Source of the DNA: an uncultured Thermoleophilaceae bacterium
GTDB taxonomy: Bacteria > Actinomycetota > Thermoleophilia > Solirubrobacterales > Thermoleophilaceae
Direction: 5' to 3'
NCBI GenBank assembly: GCA_963706635.1
Contig: OY970162.1
Span: 479,696-543,695 of the forward strand
DNA: 64,000 nucleotides
Shown one piece after another: positions 18,003-28,568 of the stretch (position 1 is its first letter; the number at the start of each line of letters is the position of its first letter). Position numbers and translations under genes: made by a program. The notes under the pieces are model-generated. The model ran no database searches. It saw nothing but the letters and a program-made list of their open reading frames with translations, and had not been told where the DNA came from.

Positions 18003-18755
18003 GAATCCGACCGAGCGGGCTGCTTGTCCTCGTTCAGGAACATGTGGCGCAGCTCCTCGAACTCCATCAGCGCCTTCTCGTAGTCCTCGTGGCGCCCGAT
18101 GTCGAGCCAGTATCCCTCGTAGAGGTAGGAGCCGACCGCGCTCGCCCGCCGTCGAGCAGCCGCAGGACGAGGTCGGGCAGGTCGAGGTACTCGTCGTGCT
18201 CGATGAAGTCGAGCGCGCGCGGCTCGAGCACGTAGACGCCCATGCTCACGATGTAGGGGATCGCGGGCTTCTCCTCGAAGCCCGTCACCAGCTGCGTCTC
18301 GCCGGCGTCGCCGTCGGTGTGCAGGACGCCGTACTCGGTGTGGACCGTGCGGCGGTGGGAGGCGATCGTCAGCACGTTGCCGGACTCGCTGTGGATGCTC
18401 GACGAGCTCGCGAGTAGTCCAGCGCGGTGAGCACGTCGCCGTTCATGACGAGGAAGGAGTCGTCGAGGCCGTCGATGGTCGCCAGCGGCCCCACGGTGCC
18501 GAGCGGCTCCTCCTCCTCGTGGTAGTTGATGCTGACCCCGTGGTTGGAGCCGTCGCCCATGACGGCGCGCACGAGGTGGGCCAGGTAGCCGACCGCGAGC
18601 GTGAGGTCGGTGAAGCCGGAGTCGCGGAGCTGGTGGACGACGACGTCGAGGATCGCCCGGTCGCCGACCGGCAGGAGGGGCTTGGGGAGCACCGTCGTGT
18701 AGGGACCCAGCCGGGAGCCCCTGCCGCCGGCGAGGATGACGGCCCTGGTCGACAT
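17999..18755 (-). pseudogene. sugar-phosphate nucleotidyltransferase (NTP_transferase family), at least 2 frameshifts
   Basis: MSTRAVILAGGRGSRLGPYTTVLPKPLLPV (GxGxRL signature). FLVMNGDVLT. EKPAIPYIVSMGVYVLEP. C-terminus YEGYWLDIGRHEDYEKAL is in a third frame. The stop overlaps the next gene's GTG (GTGA at 17999-18002). Confidence 0.75.
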
Positions 18756-18806
18756 GTCATTAGCGCTATTCGGCACCCGGTCTCAAAAGCTTGAACTCCG
18801 GCAAGC

Positions 18807-18989
18807 ATGCCAAGTCACGGAGTCCGGCCGTATCCTTCGCGCTGCTTCGTGCGGGTTCTCGGGAAGATCCTCTACTGGCTGGCCGTCCTCGCCGTGTCGA
18901 TCGCGCTGCTGATCGCGCTGGTGCTGTTCTTCGAGTCGCGCGACGAGTCCCAGGTCGAGAACGGAGCGGTGCCGGTTGCGCGAGTCTGA
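18807..18989 (+). CDS. small single-pass membrane protein (hypothetical)
   Basis: 60 aa. Hydrophobic ILYWLAVLAVSIALLIALVLFF. Immediately upstream of the methyltransferase remnants. Confidence 0.35.
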   Translation: MPSHGVRPYPSRCFVRVLGKILYWLAVLAVSIALLIALVLFFESRDESQVENGAVPVARV

Positions 18990-19653
18990 GCGGCTGCTGG
19001 CGGACTACGCCCGCCGCGACGCCGAGGTGCCGCCCGACCGCTATTCCCCGTCGAATCCGGCGCACCTGTTCATCACGGCACACGGTCGAGCGGGCGCTCG
19101 TGGAGATGCTGCCGCCGCTCGAGCGGCCGCCGGGTGGTGGAGGTGGGCTGCGGGGCGGGACAGCTCCTGGTGGACCTGGAGACGCTCGGAGCGCCTCACG
19201 CGAGCGGCTGGCCGGCGATCGACCTGTCCCGGAGCGGGTGGCGGCGGCCGGGCGCGCCTGCCGGGCGCCGACATCCGCGAGGGCGACGCGGCGTCGCTGC
19301 CCTGGGACGACGGCAGCTTCGACGTGGTGCGTCCAGTCGATGATGCTCTCGTCGGTGCTGGATCCCGCGGTGCGCGCGGCGGCCGCCGGGAGATGGCGCG
19401 GGTGCTCGCCCCGGACGGAGTGGTCGTCTCCTACGACTTCTTCGTCCGCTCGCCGGGCAACCCGGGCACGCGGCCGCTCACGCCGCGCCGAGCTCGCCTC
19501 GCTTTTCCCGGGCTTCTCGCTGGGCTGGCGCCGGACGACCCTGGCGCCGCCGCTCGTGCGGCTGCTCGTGCCGCGGCTCGCCCGCTGGCCTCGGCGCTCC
19601 AGGCCCTGCGCGTGCTGGACACCCACGCGCTGGCGCTGCTGCGGCGCGGCTGA
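18976..19653 (+). pseudogene. class I SAM-dependent methyltransferase, at least 4 frameshifts
   Basis: Motif I VVEVGCGAGQLLVDL (frame of 19134). ASLPWDDGSFDVV and MARVLAPDGVVVSYDFF (frame of 18976). LSSVLDPAVRAAAAG and AELASLFPGFSL (frame of 18791). Confidence 0.6.
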
Positions 19654-19740
19654 CCCGCGGCCGCCCCTGCCCCCGCGGAAGGGAGAGCCGACCTCGTGCG
19701 AACGGCAGCTAGCGAGGAATGGCGCGAAATCGCCTTGACA

Positions 19741-19778
19741 CGTCCGGGAGTGCCGGCTATGGCCGGCACTCCCGGACG
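19741..19778. terminator. perfect 17-bp stem / 4-nt loop hairpin between convergent genes
   Basis: cgtccgggagtgccggc-tatg-gccggcactcccggacg, followed by tt. Lies between the methyltransferase end (19653, +) and the sortase end (19856, -). Confidence 0.55.
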
Positions 19779-19855
19779 TTCGATGGAATTCGGCCGCGTG
19801 TGGTGCGACCGCTAGCAGCGCACTCAAAGGACGCCACGAGTCAGCCGCTCGGCGG

Positions 19856-20468
19856 CTAGCTCGAAACCGTGGCCGGCCCGCGCTTGACGAGCCGCGCGAA
19901 CACCACGATCCTCTGGGCCGCGCTGTAGAGGGGGTGGCAGGCGCTCAGGACGAGGCGGTTGTAGCCAACCGTATGCAGGATCCAGGTGGCGTTGGGGTCG
20001 ACGATGCGCGGTCCGCTCGACCCTGTAGGTGAAGGTGCCCTAGGGCATGGCGAGGACGATCTTGTTGCCGCGCTTGAGGCCGTCGATGTGGCGGAAGGGC
20101 GCCCCGTGGGTGGTCCGGTGGCCGGCGATGGCGACCGTCCCGCGCTTGCCCGGCAGCGGCGTGTCGGGGTAGTGGCCGGGGCCCTTGCGAAGCGAGCCGC
20201 TGTCGGTGCCCTGGACCACGAAGGCGTTCTTGTGGATCGCCGGGAGCTCGATCTCGCCGATCGCGTGGCCCTTCAGGGGCTTGAAGTGGATCAGCCGATG
20301 GGCGCTCGGGGGAAGATCGCTGAGCTGCTTCTTGAGCTTGCCCTGCTGCTGGTCCTGCAGAAATGCGGAGACTGGTTCCTGCCAGGTCAGGGTAAGAGCG
20401 GCGTCGGCGATGAGCATGGCGCCGCTCAGCATCAGAACGGACGCGACGAACCGCAGCACCGCTCGCAT
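19856..20468 (-). pseudogene. sortase (transpeptidase), interrupted by in-frame TAG (20040-20042) and one frameshift (~20005)
   Basis: N-terminal [56 protein letters not shown][14 protein letters not shown], then shifted frame [40 protein letters not shown] (catalytic Cys context). Confidence 0.75.
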
Positions 20469-20543
20469 GGAGGCGAGTGTAGGTGCTGCGGGATACCCTT
20501 TGCGCCCCCTCCGAACCCGACCCAGGAGCTGTTGACACCAGAC

Positions 20544-22358
20544 ATGTCAGAGCAGACGACCGCCGCCGCGCCGACCACCAACGCGAATCTCCTTCGCTGG
20601 GTCGAGGACGTCGCGGAGCTAACCCAGCCCGACGACATCCACTGGTGCGACGGCTCCGCCGAGGAGTACGACCGGCTCTGCGCCGAGCTCGTCGAGGCCG
20701 GGACCTTCGAGCGCCTCTCGGACGCCAAGCGCCCCAATTCCTACCTCGCCCGCTCGGACCCGGGCGACGTCGCGCGCGTGGAGGACCGCACCTTCATCTG
20801 CTCCAGGCGCCAGGAGGACGCAGGCCCGAACAACAACTGGCGCGCCCCCGACGAGATGCGGCAGACCCTCACGGGCCTGTTCCGCGGCTCGATGCGCGGC
20901 CGGACGATGTACGTGGTGCCCTTCTCGATGGGCCCGCTGGGCAGCCCGATCGCGCACGTGGGCGTGCAGCTCACCGACTCGGCGTACGTCGCCGTCTCGA
21001 TGAAGATCATGACCCGGATGGGCCAGGGCGCCCTCGAGGCCCTCGGCGAGGACGGGGAGTTCGTCCCCTGCCTGCACTCCGTGGGCTATCCGCTCGCGGA
21101 CGGCCAGGAGGACGTGCCCTGGCCGGCCGACGCCGACAACAAATGGATCGTCCACTTCCCCGACACGCGGGAGATCTGGTCCTACGGCTCGGGCTACGGC
21201 GGCAACGCGCTGCTCGGCAAGAAGTGCTTCGCGCTGCGGATCGCCTCGGTGATGGCGCGCGACGAGGGCTGGCTCGCCGAGCACATGCTGATCCTCAAGG
21301 TCACCTCGCCCGAGGGTGAGGTCAAGCACATCGCCGGCGCCTTCCCGTCCGCATGCGGCAAGACCAACCTCGCCATGCTGATCCCGACGCTCGAGGGCTG
21401 GAAGATCGAGACCGTCGGCGACGACATCGCCTGGATGAAGTTCGGGCCGGACGGCCGCCTGCACGCGATCAACCCGGAGGCCGGCTTCTTCGGCGTCGCG
21501 CCCGGGACCAGCGACAAGACCAACCCGAACGCCATGAAGACGGTCCGTGAGAGCTCGATCTTCACGAACTGCGCCCTCACCGACGCCGGCGACGTCTGGT
21601 GGGAGGGAATGAGCGATCCGCCGGAGCACCTGATCGATTGGCACGGCGAGGACTGGACGCCCGCCTCGAGCGATCCGGCGGCGCATCCCAACGCCCGCTT
21701 CACGACCCCCGCTGCCCAGTGCCCGTCGATCGCCCCGGAGTGGGAGGACCCCGCCGGCGTGCCCATCGACGCCTTCCTGTTCGGGGGCCGTCGCGCGGGC
21801 GTCGTGCCGCTCGTGCGCCAGGCCTTCGACTGGGAGCACGGCGTCTTCATGGGCTCGATCATGTCCTCGGAGAAGACCGCCGCCGCGGCCGGCAAGGTCG
21901 GCGAGCTCCGCCACGACCCGTTCGCGATGCTGCCCTTCTGCGGCTACCACATGGCCGACTACTTCGGCCACTGGCTCAAGATCGGCGAGCAGGGCGAGGA
22001 GTCCAAGCTGCCGAAGATCTTCTACGTCAACTGGTTCCGGAAGGACGAGGAGGGCAACTTCCTGTGGCCCGGGTTTGGCGAGAACAGCCGGGTGCTGGCG
22101 TGGGTCTTCCGGCGTTGCGACGACCAGGCGGACGCCGAGGACACGTCGATCGGCTACGTCCCGACGCGAGACGCGCTCGACACCGATGGGCTCGACGTCG
22201 ACGAGGGGGACCTCGCGCAGCTCCTGCGCGTCGACGACAACGAGTGGCGGCACGAGCTCCCGGCGATCCACCAGCACTTCGCCCGCTTCGGCGATCGCCT
22301 GCCGGCGCCGCTCCGCAAGCAGCTCGAGGCGCTCGAGGAGCGCCTGGGGAAGAACTGA
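20544..22358 (+). CDS. pckG: phosphoenolpyruvate carboxykinase (GTP)
   Basis: ATG at 20544 ([38 protein letters not shown]). Intact about 604 aa. [13 protein letters not shown] kinase-1a motif and [26 protein letters not shown]. Confidence 0.95.
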   Translation: MSEQTTAAAPTTNANLLRWVEDVAELTQPDDIHWCDGSAEEYDRLCAELVEAGTFERLSDAKRPNSYLARSDPGDVARVEDRTFICSRRQEDAGPNNNWRAPDEMRQTLTGLFRGSMRGRTMYVVPFSMGPLGSPIAHVGVQLTDSAYVAVSMKIMTRMGQGALEALGEDGEFVPCLHSVGYPLADGQEDVPWPADADNKWIVHFPDTREIWSYGSGYGGNALLGKKCFALRIASVMARDEGWLAEHMLILKVTSPEGEVKHIAGAFPSACGKTNLAMLIPTLEGWKIETVGDDIAWMKFGPDGRLHAINPEAGFFGVAPGTSDKTNPNAMKTVRESSIFTNCALTDAGDVWWEGMSDPPEHLIDWHGEDWTPASSDPAAHPNARFTTPAAQCPSIAPEWEDPAGVPIDAFLFGGRRAGVVPLVRQAFDWEHGVFMGSIMSSEKTAAAAGKVGELRHDPFAMLPFCGYHMADYFGHWLKIGEQGEESKLPKIFYVNWFRKDEEGNFLWPGFGENSRVLAWVFRRCDDQADAEDTSIGYVPTRDALDTDGLDVDEGDLAQLLRVDDNEWRHELPAIHQHFARFGDRLPAPLRKQLEALEERLGKN

Positions 22359-22387
22359 GAGCGGAGCCGGTCGAAGACCTGGAGGCG

Positions 22388-23374
22388 GTGCGGTCCGACT
22401 GGGCCGCGCTCGCCGAGCAGTCCGGCAACGTCTTCGGGACCTGGGAGTGGATCGACGCCTGGCGGCGCCATTTCGGCGACGGAGTGCGGCCGGCCGTGGC
22501 GCTGGCGCGCGACCACGACGACCGGCCGGTCGCCCTGCTGCCGCTCGGCGTCAGCGGTAGGCGGCCCTTCCGGGTGGCCCGCTTCATGGGCCACGGTCCC
22601 GCGGACGAACAGGGCCCGGTGTGCGCTCCCGAGGCGATCCCCGGGGCCTTCGGCTCGCTGCTCGAGGGGCCGCGGGGCTGGGACGTTCTGCTCGCCGAGC
22701 GGCTGCCGCCGGGCCACGGCCTCCACGGCCGGGAGCTCCGGCGCGAGCCGTCGCCCGTGGTCGACCGGCCCGAGGGCGGCTGGGACGAGTACCTGGCCGG
22801 ACGCAGCAAGAACGTGCGCTCGCAGGTGGGGCGGAAGCAGAGGAAGCTCGAGCGGGAGCACGACCTCCGCTTCCGGCTCTGTGAGGACCCGGAGTGCCTG
22901 GCCGAGGACATGCGGACTCTGGTCCGCCTCCACAACGCGCGCTGGGGCGAGGAGGGCTCCGGCGCGATGAGCGAGTCCCGGGCCGCCTTCCACGAGGACT
23001 TCGCCGCGATTGCGCTCGAGCGCGGCTGGCTGCGGCTCTGGCTGGCGGAGGCCGACGGCGAGCCCGTGGCCGCCTGGTACGGATTCCGCTTCGCCGGCGC
23101 CGAGTCGTACTACCAGTCGGGCCGGGACCCGGAGTGGGAACGCTCGTCGGTCGGGCTCGTGTTGCTCGTGCACACGATCCGCGAGGCGATGCAGGACGGG
23201 ATGCGCGAATATCGGCTGCTGCGCGGCGGCGAGACCTACAAGGACCGCTTCGCCACCCGCGACCCGGGCGTGGAGACCGTGGCGGTCGGCCGCGGCGTCG
23301 GCCGAATGGTCGCGCTCGCCGGAGCCGGGGCGGCCCGGCTGCCCGGACGGCTTCGCCGTTCGCTCTTCAGCTGA
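22388..23374 (+). CDS. GNAT-family acetyltransferase, CelD/BioF2-like (Acetyltransf_6 type)
   Basis: WAALAEQSGNVFGTWEWIDAWRRHF ... YYQSGRDPEWERSSVGLVLLVHTIREAMQDGMREYRLLRGGETYKDRFA. Start (GTG 22388) is uncertain. Confidence 0.6.
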   Translation: MRSDWAALAEQSGNVFGTWEWIDAWRRHFGDGVRPAVALARDHDDRPVALLPLGVSGRRPFRVARFMGHGPADEQGPVCAPEAIPGAFGSLLEGPRGWDVLLAERLPPGHGLHGRELRREPSPVVDRPEGGWDEYLAGRSKNVRSQVGRKQRKLEREHDLRFRLCEDPECLAEDMRTLVRLHNARWGEEGSGAMSESRAAFHEDFAAIALERGWLRLWLAEADGEPVAAWYGFRFAGAESYYQSGRDPEWERSSVGLVLLVHTIREAMQDGMREYRLLRGGETYKDRFATRDPGVETVAVGRGVGRMVALAGAGAARLPGRLRRSLFS

Positions 23375-23390
23375 GGCGTACGCTACGAGC

Positions 23391-24911
23391 ATGGCCACCG
23401 TCGCGGAGACCGGACGGCGCGTGGAGTCGCGCAACCCGGCGCATCTCGACGACCTCATCGCCGAGGTGGAGCTGGCGGACGCGGAGGGCTTCGCGTCCGC
23501 CTGCCGCAGGGCGAACGCGGCGCAGCGCGAGTGGCGGCGGGTGCCGGCGCCCGTGCGCGGAGGCGTGATCAAGAACATGGGCCGGCTCGTGGAGGCGAAC
23601 AAGGAGGCCCTCTCGCGGCTGGTCACGCGCGAGATCGGGAAGCCCTACGCGGAGTCGCTGGGGGAGGTGCAGGAGGTGGTCGACACCTGCGACTTCTTCC
23701 TCTCCGAAGGCCGCCGGCTCTACGGCCAGACGGTGCCGTCGGAGATGCCAGACAAGCAGCTCTTCACCTTCCGGACGCCGGTCGGGACGGTGGCGGTGAT
23801 CACCGCGGGCAACTTCCCGGTGGCGGTGCCGTCCTGGTACCTGGTGCCGGCCCTTCTCTGCGGCAATGCCGTGGTCTGGAAGCCGGCCGACTACGCGCCG
23901 GCGCTGGGAGAGGCCCTTACGAGCCTGTTCCGTGCGGCCGGCGTGCCCTCGGGGGTGCTCGAGCTGGTCCAGGCGGACGGCGAGGCCACCTTCGCGGGGC
24001 TCGAGCTGGCGCTCGGGGAGGGCGTGCTGGACAAGGTCGGCTTCACGGGCTCGTCGGCCGTCGGAGCCGAGATCGGCGCGCTGTGCGGGCGCCACCTGCA
24101 GTCGCCGTGCCTCGAGCTCGGCGGCAAGAACCCGCTCGTGGTGATGCCGGACGCCGAGCTCGACCTGGCCGTCGAGGGCGCGCTCTTCTCCGGCTTCGGC
24201 ACCGCGGGCCAGCGCTGCACATCGCTCGGCACGGTGATCGTGCACGAGTCGGTGTACGACGAGTTTCTAGCCCGCTTCACGAGCGCCGTGGAGGGCGCGC
24301 CGGTGGGCGATCCGATGAAGGACGTGCTCTACGGCCCGATGATCCACGAGCGCTTCCACGACCGCTTCCTCGACTGGCTCGGGCTGATCCGCGAGCACCA
24401 CTCGGTCTCCGGCTCCACCGGGACCGGAACGATCGAGACCGGCAATCCGCGCCAGGGCTTCGTCGGCGATCCGGAAACGGGGCTCTACTGCCACCCCACG
24501 ATCGTCGCGGGCGTCCGCCGCGACGACGATCTCTACTCCACCGAGACCTTCGGCCCGCTCGTGGGCGTGATGAGCTGCGCGAGCTTCGACGAGGCCGTCG
24601 AGCTGGCGAACGGCCACGGGTACGGCCTCTCGTCCTCGATCTACACCACCAGCCCAACGCACGCGTTCCGCTTCCGGGAGCGGGTGAGCAGCGGCATGGT
24701 CTCGGTGAACAACTCGACGTCGGGGGCGGAGGCGCACCTGCCATTCGGCGGCAACGGCAAGTCCGGCAACGGCAGCCGCCAGTCGGGGATCTGGGTGCTC
24801 GACCAGTTCACCCGCTGGCAGGCGCTCAACTGGGACTACTCGGGCAAGCTCCAGAAGGCCCAGATGGACGTGGTCGAGATCGATGCCGACCTGGACTACC
24901 GCCTGAGCTGA
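23391..24911 (+). CDS. NAD(P)-dependent aldehyde dehydrogenase
   Basis: 506 aa. LELGGKNP, catalytic Cys region FGTAGQRCTSLG, ETFGPLVGV. Confidence 0.9.
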   Translation: MATVAETGRRVESRNPAHLDDLIAEVELADAEGFASACRRANAAQREWRRVPAPVRGGVIKNMGRLVEANKEALSRLVTREIGKPYAESLGEVQEVVDTCDFFLSEGRRLYGQTVPSEMPDKQLFTFRTPVGTVAVITAGNFPVAVPSWYLVPALLCGNAVVWKPADYAPALGEALTSLFRAAGVPSGVLELVQADGEATFAGLELALGEGVLDKVGFTGSSAVGAEIGALCGRHLQSPCLELGGKNPLVVMPDAELDLAVEGALFSGFGTAGQRCTSLGTVIVHESVYDEFLARFTSAVEGAPVGDPMKDVLYGPMIHERFHDRFLDWLGLIREHHSVSGSTGTGTIETGNPRQGFVGDPETGLYCHPTIVAGVRRDDDLYSTETFGPLVGVMSCASFDEAVELANGHGYGLSSSIYTTSPTHAFRFRERVSSGMVSVNNSTSGAEAHLPFGGNGKSGNGSRQSGIWVLDQFTRWQALNWDYSGKLQKAQMDVVEIDADLDYRLS

Positions 24912-25750
24912 GCGGCGATCTCCGGGAACCGCGCCGCGAGGAGGTGGCCCTCTCCGGGGAAGGTGGTGAGCTCGGCACCGTCGATCGCGGCAGCCGCGTG
25001 GCGCGAGTGCCGTAGGGGAACCACCTCGTCGCTCTCGCCGTGCCAGATCCGAACCGGGAGCCGGACGTCCTCCAGCCGAAAGCCCCAGGGCCGCGCCTGG
25101 ATCACGATGTCCTGCACCAGGCCGAGCGCACCCGGGCGCAGCGCCTCGCGGGTGGTGGCCAGCACCAGCGAGCGCATCTCGGGGTCGGCCAGCACGGCGC
25201 GGTCCGGCTCGGAGACTTCCTTATCGAACTCCGCGATGAACGACTCCGGGCGCCTGTGGAGCATCGTTCGGGCGAGCCGCCAGTAGGCGAGGGCCAGCGG
25301 GCGGGCGCGGGTGCCGAGCGTCATCGTGAGCCGGTCGGTCCGGGAGAGGCCCTCGCGGAAGCCCGGCGTGTCCGGCGGCCCCACCCCCGCCACGACGGCC
25401 GCCACCTCGACGCGCTCGGGGATGGAGTGCGCGCAGGCCAGGGCGTACTTGCCGCCCGAGGAGTAGCCGGCCACGGCGAAGCTCTCGAGGCCCAGCGAGT
25501 CCGCCAGGGCGGCGACGTCGGCGGGCCAGTCCAGCAGCCGCCGCCCGCGGGCGTAGCTCGAGCCGCCGAAGCCCGGCCGGTCGACGGCGACGACCCGGAT
25601 GCCGAGCTCGCGGTAGGCAGCGTCGAACGGCTCGCCGTCGAGTCGTGAGCCGGGAACGCCGTGGAAGTAGAGGATCGGCGCGCCCTCCCGGTCGCCGTAC
25701 TCCGCGTAGGCCAGCCTTCGCCCGTCCGCGAGGCCGACCGCGCTAGCCAC
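24896..25750 (-). CDS. alpha/beta-fold hydrolase
   Basis: 284 aa. HGVPGS oxyanion region. Nucleophile elbow AGYSSGG. Overlaps the ALDH 3' end by 16 nt (convergent) and the upstream stop by 8 nt (GTGGCTAG). Confidence 0.85.
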   Translation of the reverse strand: MASAVGLADGRRLAYAEYGDREGAPILYFHGVPGSRLDGEPFDAAYRELGIRVVAVDRPGFGGSSYARGRRLLDWPADVAALADSLGLESFAVAGYSSGGKYALACAHSIPERVEVAAVVAGVGPPDTPGFREGLSRTDRLTMTLGTRARPLALAYWRLARTMLHRRPESFIAEFDKEVSEPDRAVLADPEMRSLVLATTREALRPGALGLVQDIVIQARPWGFRLEDVRLPVRIWHGESDEVVPLRHSRHAAAAIDGAELTTFPGEGHLLAARFPEIAAQLRR

Positions 25751-27375
25751 GCCGATACCAGCGCGGCGACACGTTCGGCGGCGGCCCCAGTGACGCCTTC
25801 GCCACCAGCACGCTCGGCTCGCCCGAGGCGATCTGGCGGGCGAGCGCCGCGGCGAAGTTCGCGCCCAGGCCGTCGACCGCGAACGAGCGGACCCCGAAGC
25901 TCGCCGCGAGCGCCGCGAAGTCCGGCGTGTGCAGGTCGACCCCCTCGCGCTCGAGGCCGCGGCGCTCCTGGTCGAAGCGCAGCATGCCGTAGCCGCCGTC
26001 GTCGACGATCACCGCGGTGAGGGGGATTCGCTCCTGGGCGGCGGCAGCCAGCTCGCCGGCGGCATATAGGAAGCCGCCGTCTCCGGACACGCTGACCACG
26101 GGTCCGGCGCCGGCGAGCGCCGCGCCGAGCGCCTGGGGGAAGGCGCAGCCGAGCGTGCCCCAGCCGAGCGGGTAGGTGAGCTGCCGCGGCCCCGGAGGGT
26201 CGTGAAAGGCGCCGAGCCAGTAGCCGGGGATGCACATGTCGCAGACCACCACGGCGTCATCGGGGAGGGCGCCGGCGAAGGAGTCGAGGAACTCGATCGC
26301 CTGCGGATCGGTCTGCTCGAGCTCGCGGCGGATGCCCGCGTTCAGGTCGCGCAGCCGGCGGGTCAGCGCCTCCAGCCCGCCGCGCGGCTCGATCCGGTGG
26401 GCGAGGAGCTCGGTCGCCTCGCGCGCGTCGGCCTCCACCAGGACGTCCGGGAGATAGGCCTTGGCGGCGTCCTCCGCGTCCACGTTGATCGCCACCAGGT
26501 GGGGTGGTTGCGGCATCTTCCAGTTCTGCGTCATCGGGCCGTCGAAGTCGGTCCCGATCGCCACCACCAGGTCGGCGTCGTCCCAGAGCGCGCCCACCTC
26601 GGGAACATGTGGCGGGGCGCCGACCAGGCAGGGATGGTCGGGCGGCAGCAGCCCGCGAGCCGAGTAGGTCGTGATCACCGGGGCGACGAGACGCTCGGCA
26701 AGCTGGGCGATCGCCTCGCCGGCGCCGGCCTGAAGCGCGCCGCCGCCGGCCCAGATCAGCGGCCGCCGCGAGGGCTCGATCCGCTCCGCGGCCGCGACGA
26801 CCCGGTCGCGGGCCGGCGGCTCCGAGGCAGGCGGCTCCGGCACCGGCGCCGGCTCCTCGACCTCGGCCGAGAGCAGGTCGGTGGGCACCTCGAGGTAGAC
26901 GGGCCGGCGGGAGGGCCGCAGTGCCAGCCGCGCCGCCTCGCTCACCGCGGCGGCCAGCGACGCCGCCGAGCGGACGCGCAGCACGCCCTTCGTGACCGGA
27001 TCGAACATGGCGCCCTGGTCGGTGGCCTCGTGCAGCGAGGCGCGCCAGACGCCGGGGCGGCGCACGGAGGTCGGGACGTCGGTGGCGATGACCAGCAGCG
27101 GCTGCCGGGAGGCCCAGGCCTCGCCCACGGCCGCGAGCGTGTTGGCCGCGCCCGGCCCGGTCGTGGTCAGCGCCACCCCAACGCCGGCCGCTCGCGCGCG
27201 CGTAGCCGTCGCCGGCGTAGGCGGCCGTCTGCTCGTGGCGCACGCCGACCAGCCGGATTCCCGACTCCCCGAGGGCGTGCCACAGCGCGAGGTTGTGGAC
27301 GCCCGGCAGCCCGAAGGCGACCTCGACGCCCTCGCCCTCGAGCGCCCGGACGATGAGCTGTGCTCCTGTCACCAT
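25743..27375 (-). CDS. thiamine-diphosphate-dependent enzyme (acetolactate synthase large-subunit-like), one apparent frameshift ~27176-27200
   Basis: N-terminal MVTGAQLIVRALEGEGVEVAFGLPGVHNLALWHAL..HEQTAAYAGDGYARA is in the frame of 26257..27402. The rest (TTTGPGAANTLAAVGEAW...GDGGFLYAAGELAAAAQERIPLTAVIVDDGGYGML) is in the frame of 25743..27176. Confidence 0.8.
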
Positions 27376-27383
27376 TGCGGGGG

Positions 27384-28568
27384 ATGCGGGAACTGGCGCC
27401 ACCGCTCGACGGTCTTCGCGTGCTCGATCTCTCCCGGGTGCTCGCCGGCCCCTACTGCACGATGCTGCTGGCGGACCTCGGCGCCGACGTGGTGAAGGTG
27501 GAGCGGCCGGGCAGCGGCGACGAGACGCGCGGCTGGGGTCCGCCCTTCGCCGGCGGGGAGTCGGCCTACTACCTGTCGGTCAACCGCAGCAAGCGCAGCT
27601 GCGCCATCGACCTCTCGCATCCCGACGGGCGCGCCCTCGCGCTGGATCTCTGCGCCGGGGCCGACGTGGTCGTGGAGAACTTCAGGCTCGGCGGCGCCGA
27701 CCGCCTGGGCGTGGGCTACGACCAGGTCGTGGAGCGCAACCCCGAGGTCGTCTACTGCTCCATATCCGGATTCGGGTCCGAGCGCCGGCCGCACGGACGG
27801 CCGGCGTACGACTTCGTCGCCCAGGCCGAGGCCGGCCTGATGTCGATCACCGGGCCGCCCGAGGGGCCCGCGTACAAGGTAGGCGTCGCGCTTGTGGACG
27901 TGCTCGCCGGCGTCCACGCGGCGGTCGGCGTGCTGGCCGCCGTCCAGGGCGGCGGCCCGCGGCGGATCGAGGTGCCGCTGCTCGACGCCGGACTCGCGGG
28001 GCTCGTGAACGTCGCGCAGAACGCTCTCGTCACTGGACACGATCCTGAGCGGCATGGCAACGCCCACCCCAACATCGTGCCCTACCAGGACTTTGCGACG
28101 GCCTCCGGCCGGATCGCGGTCGCGGCGCCCAACGACGGGCTGTTCGCCGACCTCTGCGCCGCCATAGGCCGACCTGAGCTCGCCGACGACGCGCGCTTCC
28201 GTACCAACGCCGATCGGGTCGAGAGCCGCGCCGAGCTGATCCCCGAGCTCGATGCCGTGTTCGCGACGCGCTCCGCCGACGAGTGGGTCCAGGTGCTGGA
28301 CGCGGCAGGCGTCCCGGTGGGCAAGGTCAGGACGGTGCCCGAGGCTCTCGACGCGGCAGCCGACGCGGGCCGCCCCGCCACCGTCCGCGTGCAGCACCTG
28401 ACCGCCGGCGCGCTCGAGCTGGTGGGCTCGCCGATCTGGGGTGCCGGCGCGCCCGCCACGCCGCCGCCGCTCCTCGGCGAGCACACGGCCGAGGTGCTGC
28501 GCGAGCTCGGCCGGAGCGAGAACGAGATCGTGGAGCTGTCGGTGCTCGGCGCGGTCCAGCTCGCCTAG
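27384..28568 (+). CDS. CoA-transferase family III (CaiB/BaiF-type)
   Basis: MRELAPPLDGLRVLDLSRVLAGPYCTMLLADLGADVVKVERPGSGDETRGWGPP. The stop TAG (28566-28568) is the first three bases of MITE copy 1. Confidence 0.9.
   Translation: MRELAPPLDGLRVLDLSRVLAGPYCTMLLADLGADVVKVERPGSGDETRGWGPPFAGGESAYYLSVNRSKRSCAIDLSHPDGRALALDLCAGADVVVENFRLGGADRLGVGYDQVVERNPEVVYCSISGFGSERRPHGRPAYDFVAQAEAGLMSITGPPEGPAYKVGVALVDVLAGVHAAVGVLAAVQGGGPRRIEVPLLDAGLAGLVNVAQNALVTGHDPERHGNAHPNIVPYQDFATASGRIAVAAPNDGLFADLCAAIGRPELADDARFRTNADRVESRAELIPELDAVFATRSADEWVQVLDAAGVPVGKVRTVPEALDAAADAGRPATVRVQHLTAGALELVGSPIWGAGAPATPPPLLGEHTAEVLRELGRSENEIVELSVLGAVQLA

Noticed and set aside
19986-20543. 186-codon N-terminal extension of the pckG ORF (19986..22358).
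   Set aside because: The extension is antisense to the sortase gene and has no PEPCK similarity. The conserved PEPCK N-terminus begins at the ATG at 20544.
25743-25750. Identical 8-nt start/stop overlap GTGGCTAG at two unrelated junctions (25743-25750 and 41746-41753).
   Set aside because: Probably coincidence: a GTG start, a GCT codon and a TAG stop in a different frame. Two occurrences are insufficient to claim a motif.
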